64,000 nt of DNA from an uncultured Acidobacteriota bacterium (GCA_963770895.1 CAVYRF010000002.1:3936001-4000000); one strand, 5' to 3'; shown: positions 44,173-53,910, counted from the stretch's first letter. Made by a program: numbers and translations. Notes: a model not told the origin generated them from the sequence alone.

Positions 44173-44673
44173 GTGCCCGTACTGTTTGCGGTCGATGGGT
44201 GGCAGACCTGGCTGACGGTGGTTGCCGGCGCGGGATCCACCCTGTGTGGGCTGGTGTTTGTCGGCGTAGCGCTCAACCTGGACCACATCAAGCGCTCACC
44301 GGCGCTGGTGGGGCGAGCGGGCGAAGCGATCACGTTGCTGCTGTCGACGCTCGTGCTGTCGCTCATGGGGTTGATTCCGCATGCGTCGCTGCGGCTGACG
44401 GGGACGCTGGTTCTTGGCCTGGGCGTGCTGATCTGGGTGTCTGTGGTGTGCATCCAGGTCGCCGCCTACCAGGAGCAGAAGGTGCGCTATCTGGCCTATC
44501 ACGTTGTGCGCGTGGCCCTGGGCCAGCTGGCGATGGTTCCTACCATCGTGGCCGGCATCAGCCTGCTGGTGGGAGCGGGGGGAGGCATGGCCTGGTTGGC
44601 GTCCGGCCTGGTGATGTCGATCGTGGTGGGCGTTTTCGACGCCTGGGTCCTGGCGGTGGAGATCGTGCGCTAG
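44173..44673 (+). CDS. Hypothetical integral membrane protein
   Basis: Four or five hydrophobic segments. GAGSTLCGLVFVGVALN N-terminal motif. Confidence 0.7.
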   Translation: MPVLFAVDGWQTWLTVVAGAGSTLCGLVFVGVALNLDHIKRSPALVGRAGEAITLLLSTLVLSLMGLIPHASLRLTGTLVLGLGVLIWVSVVCIQVAAYQEQKVRYLAYHVVRVALGQLAMVPTIVAGISLLVGAGGGMAWLASGLVMSIVVGVFDAWVLAVEIVR

Positions 44674-44900
44674 AAGGGCGCCGGCGTCCCCTGGCCGCGC
44701 AGGACGAAGACCCAGGCGCAGCTCGCCACCAGCGCCGCGCCGCCCGCGATCACCACCCATCCCAGCGGCGGCGCCCACGGTCCCAGCGCGCCGCCCAGGC
44801 GAGCGTCGAAGGGTTGGACCAGCAGGGCCAGCCATCCCCACAGCCAAACAAAAAGGCCCGTGTAGACCAGGGCGCGCAACGCCGTCCAATGGTTTCGCAT
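44670..44900 (-). pseudogene. Truncated isoprenylcysteine/phospholipid methyltransferase-family membrane protein
   Basis: RBS GGAGG and two TM segments. The ORF stops at GQGTPAPF, where family members continue DPP..LV..GPY..RNPMY. Confidence 0.6.
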
Positions 44901-44984
44901 GGTTCCTCCTGCGTTGGTCATCCGAGCCCGCTCCCCAGCCCGGCGCACGGGAAGGTAGAATTGGCCTGGAGGTCGCGATCAGCC

Positions 44985-45269
44985 ATGTGCAGGAACATCA
45001 AGACTCTGTTCAACTTCGACCCACCGGCCAGCGACGACGAGGTGCGCGCGGCCTCGGTCCAGTTCGTCCGCAAGCTCAGCGGATTCACCGCCCCCTCGAA
45101 GGCCAACCAGGCCGCCTTCAACCGCGCGGTAGAGGAGGTGTCGGAGGTCGCCCGCCGCCTGGTCGATTCCCTGGTCACCAACACCCCCGCCCGCACTCGC
45201 GCGGAGGAAGCCGCCAAAGCCAAAGCCCGCAACGCCCAGCGCTTCGGCCGGCCAGCCGCCACCCCATAG
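44985..45269 (+). CDS. DUF2277 family protein
   Basis: MCRNIKTLFNFDPPA...AASVQFVRKLSG, RBS GGAGG. Confidence 0.88.
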   Translation: MCRNIKTLFNFDPPASDDEVRAASVQFVRKLSGFTAPSKANQAAFNRAVEEVSEVARRLVDSLVTNTPARTRAEEAAKAKARNAQRFGRPAATP

Positions 45270-45287
45270 GGGGGCCACGGGTCTGGC

Positions 45288-47120
45288 TCAGGGACAGGCG
45301 AAGGCGCCGGTGTCCTGCACCGGGGGTGCGGCGACGCCGTCGGTATTGGAGTAGGTGCGCTGGGCGCTGGTTTGCGTATCGATCACCGATACCTGGAATG
45401 CGACGTTGGTGCCGGCGGAATAGAACACCCAATAGTGATTGTCCACCGCGCAGCCGTTGAGGACCTTGATCAGCATTTCAGGATTGGTGGCGCCGAAGAA
45501 CCAGAAGAGGCCGCCCTGGGCGACGCCCAGGCTTTGCAGGCTGATGGCGTGACCGTTGCCGGAATTGTTGTTGCCGGCGTCGTAGCTGACGCGGACCTGG
45601 AAGCGGCTGTCGATACAGAGCGTGGACGCGTCGGCGGCGCAGGCCGCCTGATCGACGGCCGCTGCCGGGGCCGGAGCGGCAGCGGGGGCCGCGGCTGGCG
45701 GCGGAGCGGGCACTGCGCCGGTGGGCATGGCGGGTGGCGCGCCGGCAGCGGGAGCGAGGTCGACGTTCAGGCAGGGAAAGGCTGCGGTGTCCTGCACCGG
45801 CACCGCGGCTGTGCCGTCGGCGTTGGTGTAGCTTTTGGTGCTGCTGGGCAGGTGGGTGTCCTTGATGGTCAGGGTGTAGCCGACGTTGGTGCCGGCGGAG
45901 GCGAAGACCCAGTACTGCTGGTCGACGGCGCAGCCGTTGAGCACCTTGACCAGCATTTCGGGGTTGTCGGCGCTGAAGAACCAGAACAGGCCGCCGTCGG
46001 TGAGCCCGAGACTGGAGAGCTGGATGGCATTGCCGCTGCCGGCCAGGCCGCCGCCCTGGGCGGTGCTGTAGGAGATGTCGGCCTGCCAGCGCTGATCGCC
46101 GGGCTGGTCGTCGATGCACAGAGTGGTGGCGGTTGGCGTGCATGGCGGCGTCGCGCGGCCGATATTGCCGGTGTTGAGCTCGCTGAACCAGAGGTCGCCG
46201 TCGGGGCCGGCCGTGATGTTGGCGGGCGAGGCGTTGGTGGTCGGCACCTGGTATTCGTGCACCACGCCGGCGGGCGTGATGCTGCCGATCTGGTTGGCGG
46301 AGGGCTCGGTGAACCAGACGTTGCCGTCGGGGCCGAGCGCGATGCCGTAGGCGCTGGCGCTCAGGGTGAACGGCGTCAGGGTGCCGCTGGGGGTGAGGCG
46401 GTAGACGGCGGCGTTGAACAGGGTGGTGAACCACAGGTTGCCGTCGGCGCCGGCGACGATCTGGACGGCGTCCGCTGCGCCATTGAACTGGCTGATCGCG
46501 CCGCCGGTGGTGATGCGGCCGATCTGGCCGGTGCCCTCCTGGGCGAACCAGAGGGCGCCATCCGGTCCCCGCGTGATGCCGGCCGGGTCGCTGCCCGTGG
46601 TGAGCGCCTCGGCGGCGATGGCACCGGCCGGCGTGATGCGGCCGATCCGGTTGCCCTGATACTCGGTGAACCAGAGGTTGCCGTCGGGTCCGGCGGTGAT
46701 GCCGATGGGCTGGTCCAACGCCTCGGGCAGGGCAAATTGGTGCAGGGTGCCGGTGGGCGTGATGCGCGCGATGGTGTTGCCCGCGACTTCGGTGAACCAC
46801 AGGTTGCCGTCGGGCCCGCTGGTGATGACCGGCCGGGCTTCGGTATTCAGCGAGTTGGCGCTCACCGGAAACTCCGTCACCGTGCCGCCGGGAGTGATGC
46901 GCGCCACGTTGCTGCTTCCCAGCTCCAGGAACCAGACGTTGCCGTCCGGCCCGGTGGTGATCGAATCCGGCGCCGCACTGGCGCTGGGGAGCGGAAACTC
47001 GGTGATCGGCAGGATGGCGGCGCCGGCAGGCCTGGCGACGCAGGCGGCGGCTGCCGCGACGACGGCCAGGAGGGAGAGCGCGGTGCGCGAAATTCGCAGA
47101 GGACGCCGGAACCGTGGCAT
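45288..47120 (-). CDS. Secreted Vgb-lyase-like beta-propeller with two tandem C-terminal Cys-bounded domains
   Basis: Signal peptide, seven GPDG(N/A/D)(L/V)WF-type repeats, duplicated GLFWFF..NPEML.KVLNGC domain, RBS GAGGAGG. Confidence 0.88.
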   Translation of the reverse strand: MPRFRRPLRISRTALSLLAVVAAAAACVARPAGAAILPITEFPLPSASAAPDSITTGPDGNVWFLELGSSNVARITPGGTVTEFPVSANSLNTEARPVITSGPDGNLWFTEVAGNTIARITPTGTLHQFALPEALDQPIGITAGPDGNLWFTEYQGNRIGRITPAGAIAAEALTTGSDPAGITRGPDGALWFAQEGTGQIGRITTGGAISQFNGAADAVQIVAGADGNLWFTTLFNAAVYRLTPSGTLTPFTLSASAYGIALGPDGNVWFTEPSANQIGSITPAGVVHEYQVPTTNASPANITAGPDGDLWFSELNTGNIGRATPPCTPTATTLCIDDQPGDQRWQADISYSTAQGGGLAGSGNAIQLSSLGLTDGGLFWFFSADNPEMLVKVLNGCAVDQQYWVFASAGTNVGYTLTIKDTHLPSSTKSYTNADGTAAVPVQDTAAFPCLNVDLAPAAGAPPAMPTGAVPAPPPAAAPAAAPAPAAAVDQAACAADASTLCIDSRFQVRVSYDAGNNNSGNGHAISLQSLGVAQGGLFWFFGATNPEMLIKVLNGCAVDNHYWVFYSAGTNVAFQVSVIDTQTSAQRTYSNTDGVAAPPVQDTGAFACP

Positions 47121-47197
47121 GAGCACCTCCTCGAATACGACAAAACCAACCCTACCACGCCTGCCCTCGGTGTGAGCAAGGGCGGGTGGCACGCACG

Positions 47198-48388
47198 CTA
47201 CAGCGTGTCGTCCGGCAGGGTGCGGCGGGCGGCGGCCATGGTGTCTGCCCAGGCGCCGCGGTCGCCGCTTTCGACCAGCGATTCGAGGTGGGCGAGCGCT
47301 TCGCGCGTGGCGCGGTAGACGTCGCTGCGGAAGGGATTGAGGCGCTGGATGTCGAGGTACAGGTCGGGATCTTCGCCCAGCACCGAGCGGGCGGTGGCGG
47401 CCTGCCGCAGGAAGGTGGTCGAGGCGCAGTCGTGCAGCTCGGTGGGGGAAACGCCGCTGCGGCTGAGGGCGGCGCCGAACAGCAGGTTGGTGAGATGGGC
47501 CAGGCCCAGGAGCCACCCCATCAGGCGGTCGTGGTGGAGGAACGGCACCGCGACCAGGCGCGTGTAGGGGTGCGACACGAAAGGGGCGATCTCGGCCTGC
47601 TCGATGGCGGCGTCGCGCCGCGTCGCCAGGACGAAGACCAGCGGCTCGTAGGGCGACTTGCCCGGGCCGAACATCGGGTGGAGCGACAGCACCCGCAGGC
47701 CCGCGCTCTCCGCCTGCGCCAGGACCGGTTGGAGCGGCGCCTTGACGGAAGCGATTTCGATCACGATCGGCAGGGTGGCGGATGCGGCCGGCCCGGCGGG
47801 TGCGCCGGGAGCGTCCGCGGGATGGCCGGCCTGACCGCCGGCGCGCGCCACCAGCTCTTCGACGACCGCCGGCGTGTGCCCGAGCGGCACGGCCACCAGC
47901 ACCGCCGCGTAGGCGTCGAGAGCCGGGGCATCCGCCAACCTGGCGAAGGTGCCCGCCTGCGGCGGCAGCCCGGCAAAGGCGGGGTCCACCAGGTCGCAGC
48001 GGTGCCCGGCCAGCTCGTAAAAGGCGCGGAACCACCCGCCCATGCCGCCGGCGCCGCCCAGGATCAACAGCCGTTCGCCGCGGCGCGCCCGCAGTTCGAC
48101 GCCCACCCGGTGCTGGCGCTCGACCGAGCCGCGGATGACGGCGCGGAAGATCGATTCGAGCACGTCTTCGGACACGCCGCAGCTGGCGGCCTGCTGGCGC
48201 GCGCGCTGCAGCACCTGGTGCTCGACGTCGCGCACGACGATGGGGGCGCCGCGCTCGGCCTTGATGCGCCCCACCTCGCCGGCGATCTCCATGCGCCGGC
48301 GCAGCAGCTCGAGCAGCGCCCGATCCAATTCGGCGATGGCGTCGCGCAGCGGCGGCAGCGGATCGGGCGGGGTCGTGGTCCTGGCCAT
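47198..48388 (-). CDS. tyrA: Bifunctional chorismate mutase / prephenate dehydrogenase
   Basis: N-terminal AroQ-type LRDAIAELDR..LL.RR, Rossmann GGAGGMG, ASVK, HPMFGP, HDRLM. Confidence 0.85.
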   Translation of the reverse strand: MARTTTPPDPLPPLRDAIAELDRALLELLRRRMEIAGEVGRIKAERGAPIVVRDVEHQVLQRARQQAASCGVSEDVLESIFRAVIRGSVERQHRVGVELRARRGERLLILGGAGGMGGWFRAFYELAGHRCDLVDPAFAGLPPQAGTFARLADAPALDAYAAVLVAVPLGHTPAVVEELVARAGGQAGHPADAPGAPAGPAASATLPIVIEIASVKAPLQPVLAQAESAGLRVLSLHPMFGPGKSPYEPLVFVLATRRDAAIEQAEIAPFVSHPYTRLVAVPFLHHDRLMGWLLGLAHLTNLLFGAALSRSGVSPTELHDCASTTFLRQAATARSVLGEDPDLYLDIQRLNPFRSDVYRATREALAHLESLVESGDRGAWADTMAAARRTLPDDTL

Positions 48389-48482
48389 GGGCAGGAAAGA
48401 CTAGCAAATGAGCAGCCCTCCGCGCCGGCATCGTGCCCGCGGGAGGGCTGGTTGCACGCCGCGCGTGCCCGGCAGGGTCAGG

Positions 48483-48647
48483 TCAGCAGATGCAGGTGTT
48501 GCAGTGCGTGTGGTTGCAATACGTGCAGCTGGCTCCGGGGCACTGCGTGGCAGGGAGCTCACCGCTGATCCCGCCGCCGACCTTGATCAGGACGCCGGTG
48601 TCGAGGCTGCGCAGGGTCTCGCGATGCAGCTTGATCCGCTTCTTCAT
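48483..48647 (-). CDS. Putative RiPP precursor peptide, 54 aa: MKKRIKLHRETLRSLDTGVLIKVGGGISGELPATQCPGASCTYCNHTHCNTCIC
   Basis: Translated by hand (below the ORF-track cutoff). AGGAGG RBS, basic leader with IKLHRETL, GG motif, core with 6 Cys and 6 Ser/Thr, GC3-rich codons. Confidence 0.85.
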   Translation of the reverse strand: MKKRIKLHRETLRSLDTGVLIKVGGGISGELPATQCPGASCTYCNHTHCNTCIC

Positions 48648-48722
48648 GACGTGCTGTACCTCCTGCCGCTGGCGCGGTGTTAGGGGTTACAACCTCAAAA
48701 GTGCCGCGGAGAGGTTGAACCG

Positions 48723-50480
48723 CTACCGATCGGCGCGATAGCCGGGACCGTAGAGCGGCCGGCCGGGGCGGGCGTCGGTGATCTGCCCGCCGTCGACCAC
48801 CAGCTGGCCGTTGACGGCGACGTAGGGGATGCCGGCGCTGTAGTGGAGCGGATCGGTGTAGGTGGCGACGTCGCGGATCTCGGTGGGGCTGAACACCACC
48901 AGGTCGGCCGCCATGCCGGGGCGGACGATGCCGCGATCGGCGATGCCCATGCGCGAGGCCGGCAGCGAGGTCATCTTGCGCACCGCCTCTTCGAGCGTCA
49001 GCACCTTTTCGTCGCGCACGTAGTGACCGAGGATGCGGGGAGCGGACGCCCAGGCGCGCGGGTGCGACTTTTCCTGGCCCAGGATGCCGTCCACCGCCTC
49101 GGCGTTCGAATCGGTGCACAGGGCGACCAGGCGGTCGGCGAGCGCCGTGCGCACGTCCCGGTCGTCCATGATGAACACGATGTTGGCGGTGTGGGCGCGG
49201 TCGGCGATCACCAGGTCCATGATGACGTCCACCTCGTCCTTGCCTTCGGCCTTGGCGATGTCGGCGATGGTCTTGCCTTCGTATTTCTTCAGCTCGGGGG
49301 CGACGGTCGTGGCGATCAGGATGTTGGCGCCGCCGCCGGCGCACTGGTACTGGTTCTCCCAGGTACGGTCGTCGCGGTGCACTTCCGCACGCACCCGCGC
49401 CCGCACGGCGGGGTCCTTGAGGCGCTCGACCATGCGGTCGGTGCCGCCGTCGCGGACCCATACCGGCAGGTTGGCGTCCAGGCCGTTCTCTCCGGCCGTC
49501 CAGGGGTACTGATCGGCGGCGACGTCCAGCCCGGCGGCGCGCGCTTCTTCCAGGCGGGCGAGGACGTGCGGCATCGTGCCCCACGTTCCCTTGCAGGCGG
49601 TCTTCAGATGGTAGATCTGGGCGGGGAGCCTGGCCTCACGCGCGATGCGGAAGATTTCGTCCAGGCTGCCGTCGATGGCGTAGCCTTCGGAGCGCTGGTG
49701 GGTGATGTAGCTGCCGCCGTAGCGCGCCGCGACCTTGGCCAGGGCGATGATCTCGTCGGTCGAGGCGAAGCGGTCGGGGACGTACTGCAGCGACGTCGAC
49801 AGGCCGAAGGCGCCGTCTTCCATCGCGTCGGCCACCGCCTTTTCCATCGCCGCCAGCTCCGCCGGGGTGGCCTGGCGGTCGCTTTCGCCGAGCACCAGGT
49901 TGCGCACGCCGCCCTCGCCGACGAAGGTGCCCAGGTTGATCGCCGGGCGCGCCCGCTGAAAGACCCGCCAGTATTCGCGCAGGGTGGTCCAGGTGGGCTT
50001 GACCCCGTAATGCTCGTAGTAGTCCTTCTCTTCGTCGATCATGCGCTGATTGATCGGCGCGATCGAGGAGCCTTCGCCGGTGATCTCGGTGGTGATGCCC
50101 TGGGTGATCTTGCTGGCCGCGCGGTTGTCCACCAGGACGGTGTATTCGGACTGCCCCAGCATGTCGATGAAACCGGGCGCCACGGCCAGGCCGCGCGCGT
50201 CGATGCGCCGCCTGGCCCGTGCGCCGGCCAGCAGGCCGACCGCGGCGATCTTGTCGCCGGCGACGCACACGTCGGCGCGGAACCACGGCGCGCCGGTGCC
50301 GTCGACGACGCGCCCGCCTTCGATGAGCAGGTCGCACTCGGGAGCCGCCGGTGCGGCGGGGGTTGGAGCCGCGGCCGCCGCTGTGGCGGGCGGCCTGGCC
50401 TGCGGGCGACCGGCGGTCGGAGTGAGCAGCGCCAGGCAGGCGGCGGCGGCAAGCAAGCGAGCGGCAAACGCGCGGACCAT
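48723..50480 (-). CDS. Secreted N-acyl-D-amino-acid deacylase (D-aminoacylase, amidohydrolase family)
   Basis: GGRVVDGTG, PGFID, QGITT, THQRSE, HLK, HPR, TLEEAVRKMT, ADLVVF. Confidence 0.9.
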   Translation of the reverse strand: MVRAFAARLLAAAACLALLTPTAGRPQARPPATAAAAAPTPAAPAAPECDLLIEGGRVVDGTGAPWFRADVCVAGDKIAAVGLLAGARARRRIDARGLAVAPGFIDMLGQSEYTVLVDNRAASKITQGITTEITGEGSSIAPINQRMIDEEKDYYEHYGVKPTWTTLREYWRVFQRARPAINLGTFVGEGGVRNLVLGESDRQATPAELAAMEKAVADAMEDGAFGLSTSLQYVPDRFASTDEIIALAKVAARYGGSYITHQRSEGYAIDGSLDEIFRIAREARLPAQIYHLKTACKGTWGTMPHVLARLEEARAAGLDVAADQYPWTAGENGLDANLPVWVRDGGTDRMVERLKDPAVRARVRAEVHRDDRTWENQYQCAGGGANILIATTVAPELKKYEGKTIADIAKAEGKDEVDVIMDLVIADRAHTANIVFIMDDRDVRTALADRLVALCTDSNAEAVDGILGQEKSHPRAWASAPRILGHYVRDEKVLTLEEAVRKMTSLPASRMGIADRGIVRPGMAADLVVFSPTEIRDVATYTDPLHYSAGIPYVAVNGQLVVDGGQITDARPGRPLYGPGYRADR

Positions 50481-50573
50481 GGTCACCTCCGGAGGATGCG
50501 GTGGCGCGATGGTAGCACCGCCGCGCCTCGCCGAGAGGGCGGGTGGGTGGCGGGGTCGCGGCCGGATGGGCGG

Positions 50574-52109
50574 TCAGGCCTGCGGCGGTGAGGGCGCTGC
50601 GACGGCGGCATTGGGGGCATTGGCGCCGGTGCCGCCGCGGGCCAGGCGCAGCAGCTGATCCATCTCGTCGTGGAAGCCGGCGACGATGGGCTGCGGATCG
50701 GGCACCAGGCCGGCGTCGACGCCGATGCCCAGGCGCACGTTGCCGTTGTAGCTGAGGATGGACACGCCGAGGCCGACGTGGCCGGACTGCGGCACCCAGA
50801 AGAAAATGTCGCGGATGGGCGTGCCGGCCAGGTAGAGGGTCTGCACCGGACCGGGGACGTTGGTCATCACCAGCGTCGCCTTGGTGGCGAAGATCCGCAC
50901 CGCCAGCCGCTGCAACGACACTGGGATGCGCCCCATGGCGCGCAGGATGCCGTAGACGGCCAGCGGCTCGGCCGACCGGCGCAGCGCCCGCGAACGCCGC
51001 CCGACCTCGGCCAGCCGCTGCAGCGGGTCCGCCAGACCCAGCGGCAGCGACAGAAAGATCAAGCCGAAGTGGTTGCCCAGCTGGGCCATGCGGTCGAGCG
51101 GGCGCAGGTTGACGGGCATCGCGGCGCGGATGTCCAGGCGCCTGGGCAGCGGATTCCCGTCCCGGTCGCCGCGCGCCGCCAGGTACCGGCGCAGCGCGCC
51201 GGTGGTGGCGGCCACCAGCACGTCGTTGACCGTGCCGCCCAGGGCGCGGCCGATCTCCTTGACTTCGGCCAGCGCCACCGGCGCCGACCAGGCCACGATC
51301 TTGGGCACCCCCAGCGGGCCCTTGAACGCCGTCGCCGGGTCGGCCGGCCGCCCGGTCAGCCGGCCCAGCGCCGGCACGCTCGCCAGCGCCGACAGCAGCG
51401 GCGCACGGCGCAGCGCGTCCGCCGGGTGTTGCAGCAGGCGCAGCAGCTCGGGCGCCAGCTGGCCGGCCAGCGCCCGGATGGCGCCGAGGTCGACCTCGGG
51501 ATGGCAGAACAGGTCGGTGAACGGATTGGTCCCCGGCAGGTCGGGCTGGTCCGGGTGGTTGGGCAGGTCGGGCTGGTCTGCCTGCACCACCGTGGCCGGT
51601 GGGCCGCCGGGCGCCATGTCGGTCAGCGACAGCAGCACCAGCATCAGGGCCACGCCGTCACCGATCGCATGATGGATGCGCGCCAGGAGCGCCGAACCGC
51701 CCAGGTACCCCTGGAACAGCCGCAGCTCCCACAGCGGCCGGTCGGCCGGCAGGGGCTCGCTCATCAGGGCGCCGATCGCAGCCTCCAGCGCGCGGTCGTT
51801 TCCCGGCGCCGGCAGCGTCACCTCCAGGACGTGGCGGTCGACGTCGAAGGCGGCATCGTCCTGCCAGCGCGTGTGCCGCTCGCTCACCACCCGTTGCCGG
51901 AAGCGCCGGATGGGCACCATCCGCCGCTCGACGATCGCCCGCACGCTCGCCAGCGTGACCGGCTGCGCCAGCACGAGCACGCCGTTGATCTGCATCAGGT
52001 TGGCCGGCTCGTCCATGCGCAGCCAGGCGTGGTCCACCGCCGCCACCGGCTCGGACGCCCCGGCCGCCACGCCGCGGGGCGTGGCCGAGGAAGGGCCGCT
52101 TGCGCTCAT
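50574..52109 (-). CDS. Wax ester synthase/diacylglycerol acyltransferase (WS/DGAT)
   Basis: VDHAWLRMD, RPLWE, HHAIGDG, TVNDV, TNVPGP. Confidence 0.92.
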   Translation of the reverse strand: MSASGPSSATPRGVAAGASEPVAAVDHAWLRMDEPANLMQINGVLVLAQPVTLASVRAIVERRMVPIRRFRQRVVSERHTRWQDDAAFDVDRHVLEVTLPAPGNDRALEAAIGALMSEPLPADRPLWELRLFQGYLGGSALLARIHHAIGDGVALMLVLLSLTDMAPGGPPATVVQADQPDLPNHPDQPDLPGTNPFTDLFCHPEVDLGAIRALAGQLAPELLRLLQHPADALRRAPLLSALASVPALGRLTGRPADPATAFKGPLGVPKIVAWSAPVALAEVKEIGRALGGTVNDVLVAATTGALRRYLAARGDRDGNPLPRRLDIRAAMPVNLRPLDRMAQLGNHFGLIFLSLPLGLADPLQRLAEVGRRSRALRRSAEPLAVYGILRAMGRIPVSLQRLAVRIFATKATLVMTNVPGPVQTLYLAGTPIRDIFFWVPQSGHVGLGVSILSYNGNVRLGIGVDAGLVPDPQPIVAGFHDEMDQLLRLARGGTGANAPNAAVAAPSPPQA

Positions 52110-52185
52110 GGCGCAAGTGTAGCGGCAATGGTCCGCGCCCGCGACAGCGGCGCTGCGCAGAGCGATTTCGGGCGACGCGTTTACA

Positions 52186-53181
52186 ATGAGCGGCATGGAA
52201 ACGGGGGCGTTGCCGATCGGGCTGGACGACGTGCGTGCCGCGCGGGAGCGGTTGCGGCCGTTTTTGGTGCCGACGCCGCTGCGCGGATATCGCGCGCTGG
52301 ACGAGGAGATCGGCGGCGGGGTGCGGGTGCTGGTCAAGCACGAAAACCATCAGCCGACCAATGCGTTCAAGGTGCGCAATGCGCTGTCGGCGATGACGCT
52401 GCTGCCGGAGGCGGCGCGGCGGCGGGGCGTGGTGGCGGCGACGCGCGGCAACCACGGGGCGGCGGTGGCGTTTGCCGGCGAGCGGCTGGGCATCCCGGTC
52501 ACCGTCTGCGTGCCGTTCGGCAACAATCCCGAAAAGAACCGCGCCATGCGCGGCTACGGCGCCGAGCTGATCGAGCATGGGCGCGACTACGACGAAGCGC
52601 TGGCGCACGCCGAGCGGCTGGTGGCCGAACGCGGGGCGCACATCGTGCACTCGACGAACGATCCGGCGATCCTGGCCGGCGCCGCAACGATCACGCTGGA
52701 GATGCTGGAGGAGGCGGGCGACCTGGAGGCCCTGGTGGTGGCCGTGGGCGGCGGCTCGCAGGCGGTGGGGGCGCTGGTGGTGGCGGGGGCGCTGCGGCCG
52801 GGTCTCGCGGTGTACGCCGTGCAGGCGGCCGGGGCGCCGGCGATCTACGAGGGGTGGAAATGCGGCCGGCCGGTGCAGAAGGAGTCGGCGGAGACCTTTG
52901 CCGATGGGCTCGCCACCCGCGCCTGCTATCACCTGACGTTTACGGCGCTGTGCGGCGGCGGGCTGCGCGATTTCGTGCTGGCCAGCGAGGCGGAGCTGGC
53001 TGACGCCGTGCGCCTGGTGCTGCGCACCACGCACAACCTGGTCGAAGGCGCCGCGGCGGCGCCGTTCGCCGCCCTGCGCCTGCTGCGCGAGCGGCTTGCC
53101 GGCCAGCAGGTGGGGGTGATCCTGTCCGGCTCGAACATCGATCAGGTGACGCTGCGGCGCGTCCTGACACACGAGATGTGA
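52186..53181 (+). CDS. PLP-dependent threonine/serine dehydratase family protein
   Basis: [29 protein letters not shown]. Confidence 0.9.
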   Translation: MSGMETGALPIGLDDVRAARERLRPFLVPTPLRGYRALDEEIGGGVRVLVKHENHQPTNAFKVRNALSAMTLLPEAARRRGVVAATRGNHGAAVAFAGERLGIPVTVCVPFGNNPEKNRAMRGYGAELIEHGRDYDEALAHAERLVAERGAHIVHSTNDPAILAGAATITLEMLEEAGDLEALVVAVGGGSQAVGALVVAGALRPGLAVYAVQAAGAPAIYEGWKCGRPVQKESAETFADGLATRACYHLTFTALCGGGLRDFVLASEAELADAVRLVLRTTHNLVEGAAAAPFAALRLLRERLAGQQVGVILSGSNIDQVTLRRVLTHEM

Positions 53182-53190
53182 GGTGCTGAA

Positions 53191-53910
53191 GTGCTGACCA
53201 CCATGACGGCGACGCAGCCCAAGCAGGAAGGCACCGGCCTGGTCATCGACGACGAACCGCAGATCCGCCGCGTCGTGCGCAACGCCCTGCAAGGGGAGCT
53301 GCGCCGCATCCTGGAGGCGGCCACCGGCAGCGAGGGGATCGATCTTGCGGCGGCGGAGGCGCCGGTGTTGATCGTGCTGGACCTGGGATTGCCCGACATG
53401 CCGGGGATCGACGTCTGCCGCGAGATCCGCCGCTGGTCGGATGCGGCGATCCTGGTGCTGTCGGCGCGCCAGTCGGATGCCGAAAAGGCGCAGCTGCTGG
53501 ACGCCGGGGCCGACGACTACGTGACCAAGCCGTTCAGCACCCTGGAGCTGACGGCGCGGGTGCGGGCCAATCTGCGGCGCGCGGCGGCGCAGGGCACCGC
53601 CGACCGGCGGCTGGAGATCGGCGACCTGGTGATGGACTTGACGGCGCGCACGGTGCGGCGCGGCGACAAGGCCATCCACCTCACGCCCATCGAATGGGAG
53701 CTGCTGCGCACGTTCGCCACGCAGGCCGGCCGCACCCTGACCCACCGGCAGCTGTTTCACGCGGTATGGGGCCGCGCCTTCGGCGATCCCCAGCAGTACC
53801 TGCGCGTCCACGTCGCCAACCTGCGGCGCAAGATCGAGCGCGACCCGGTGCGGCCGCAGGTGATCGTGACCGAACCCGGGGTGGGCTACCGCCTCGAGCA
53901 GCCGGGCTGA
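53191..53910 (+). CDS. KdpE-like response regulator
   Basis: DDEPQIRR, LDLGLPD, YLRVHVANLRRKIE.DP..P..I.TEPGVGY. Confidence 0.92.
   Translation: MLTTMTATQPKQEGTGLVIDDEPQIRRVVRNALQGELRRILEAATGSEGIDLAAAEAPVLIVLDLGLPDMPGIDVCREIRRWSDAAILVLSARQSDAEKAQLLDAGADDYVTKPFSTLELTARVRANLRRAAAQGTADRRLEIGDLVMDLTARTVRRGDKAIHLTPIEWELLRTFATQAGRTLTHRQLFHAVWGRAFGDPQQYLRVHVANLRRKIERDPVRPQVIVTEPGVGYRLEQPG

Noticed and set aside
46150-47000. Periodic GAACCAGAGGTTGCCGTCGGG-like nucleotide repeats
   Set aside because: Explained by the coding GPDGNLWF propeller blades
45288-48431. 1047-aa ORF suggesting a long N-terminal fusion to the propeller protein
   Set aside because: The upstream part is an off-frame reading of tyrA. 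The real start is 47120, with an RBS and signal peptide.
51533-51578. Short tandem duplication GGCAGGTCGGGCTGGTC in WS/DGAT
   Set aside because: An in-frame low-complexity loop (DQPDLP x2) with no sign of separate function
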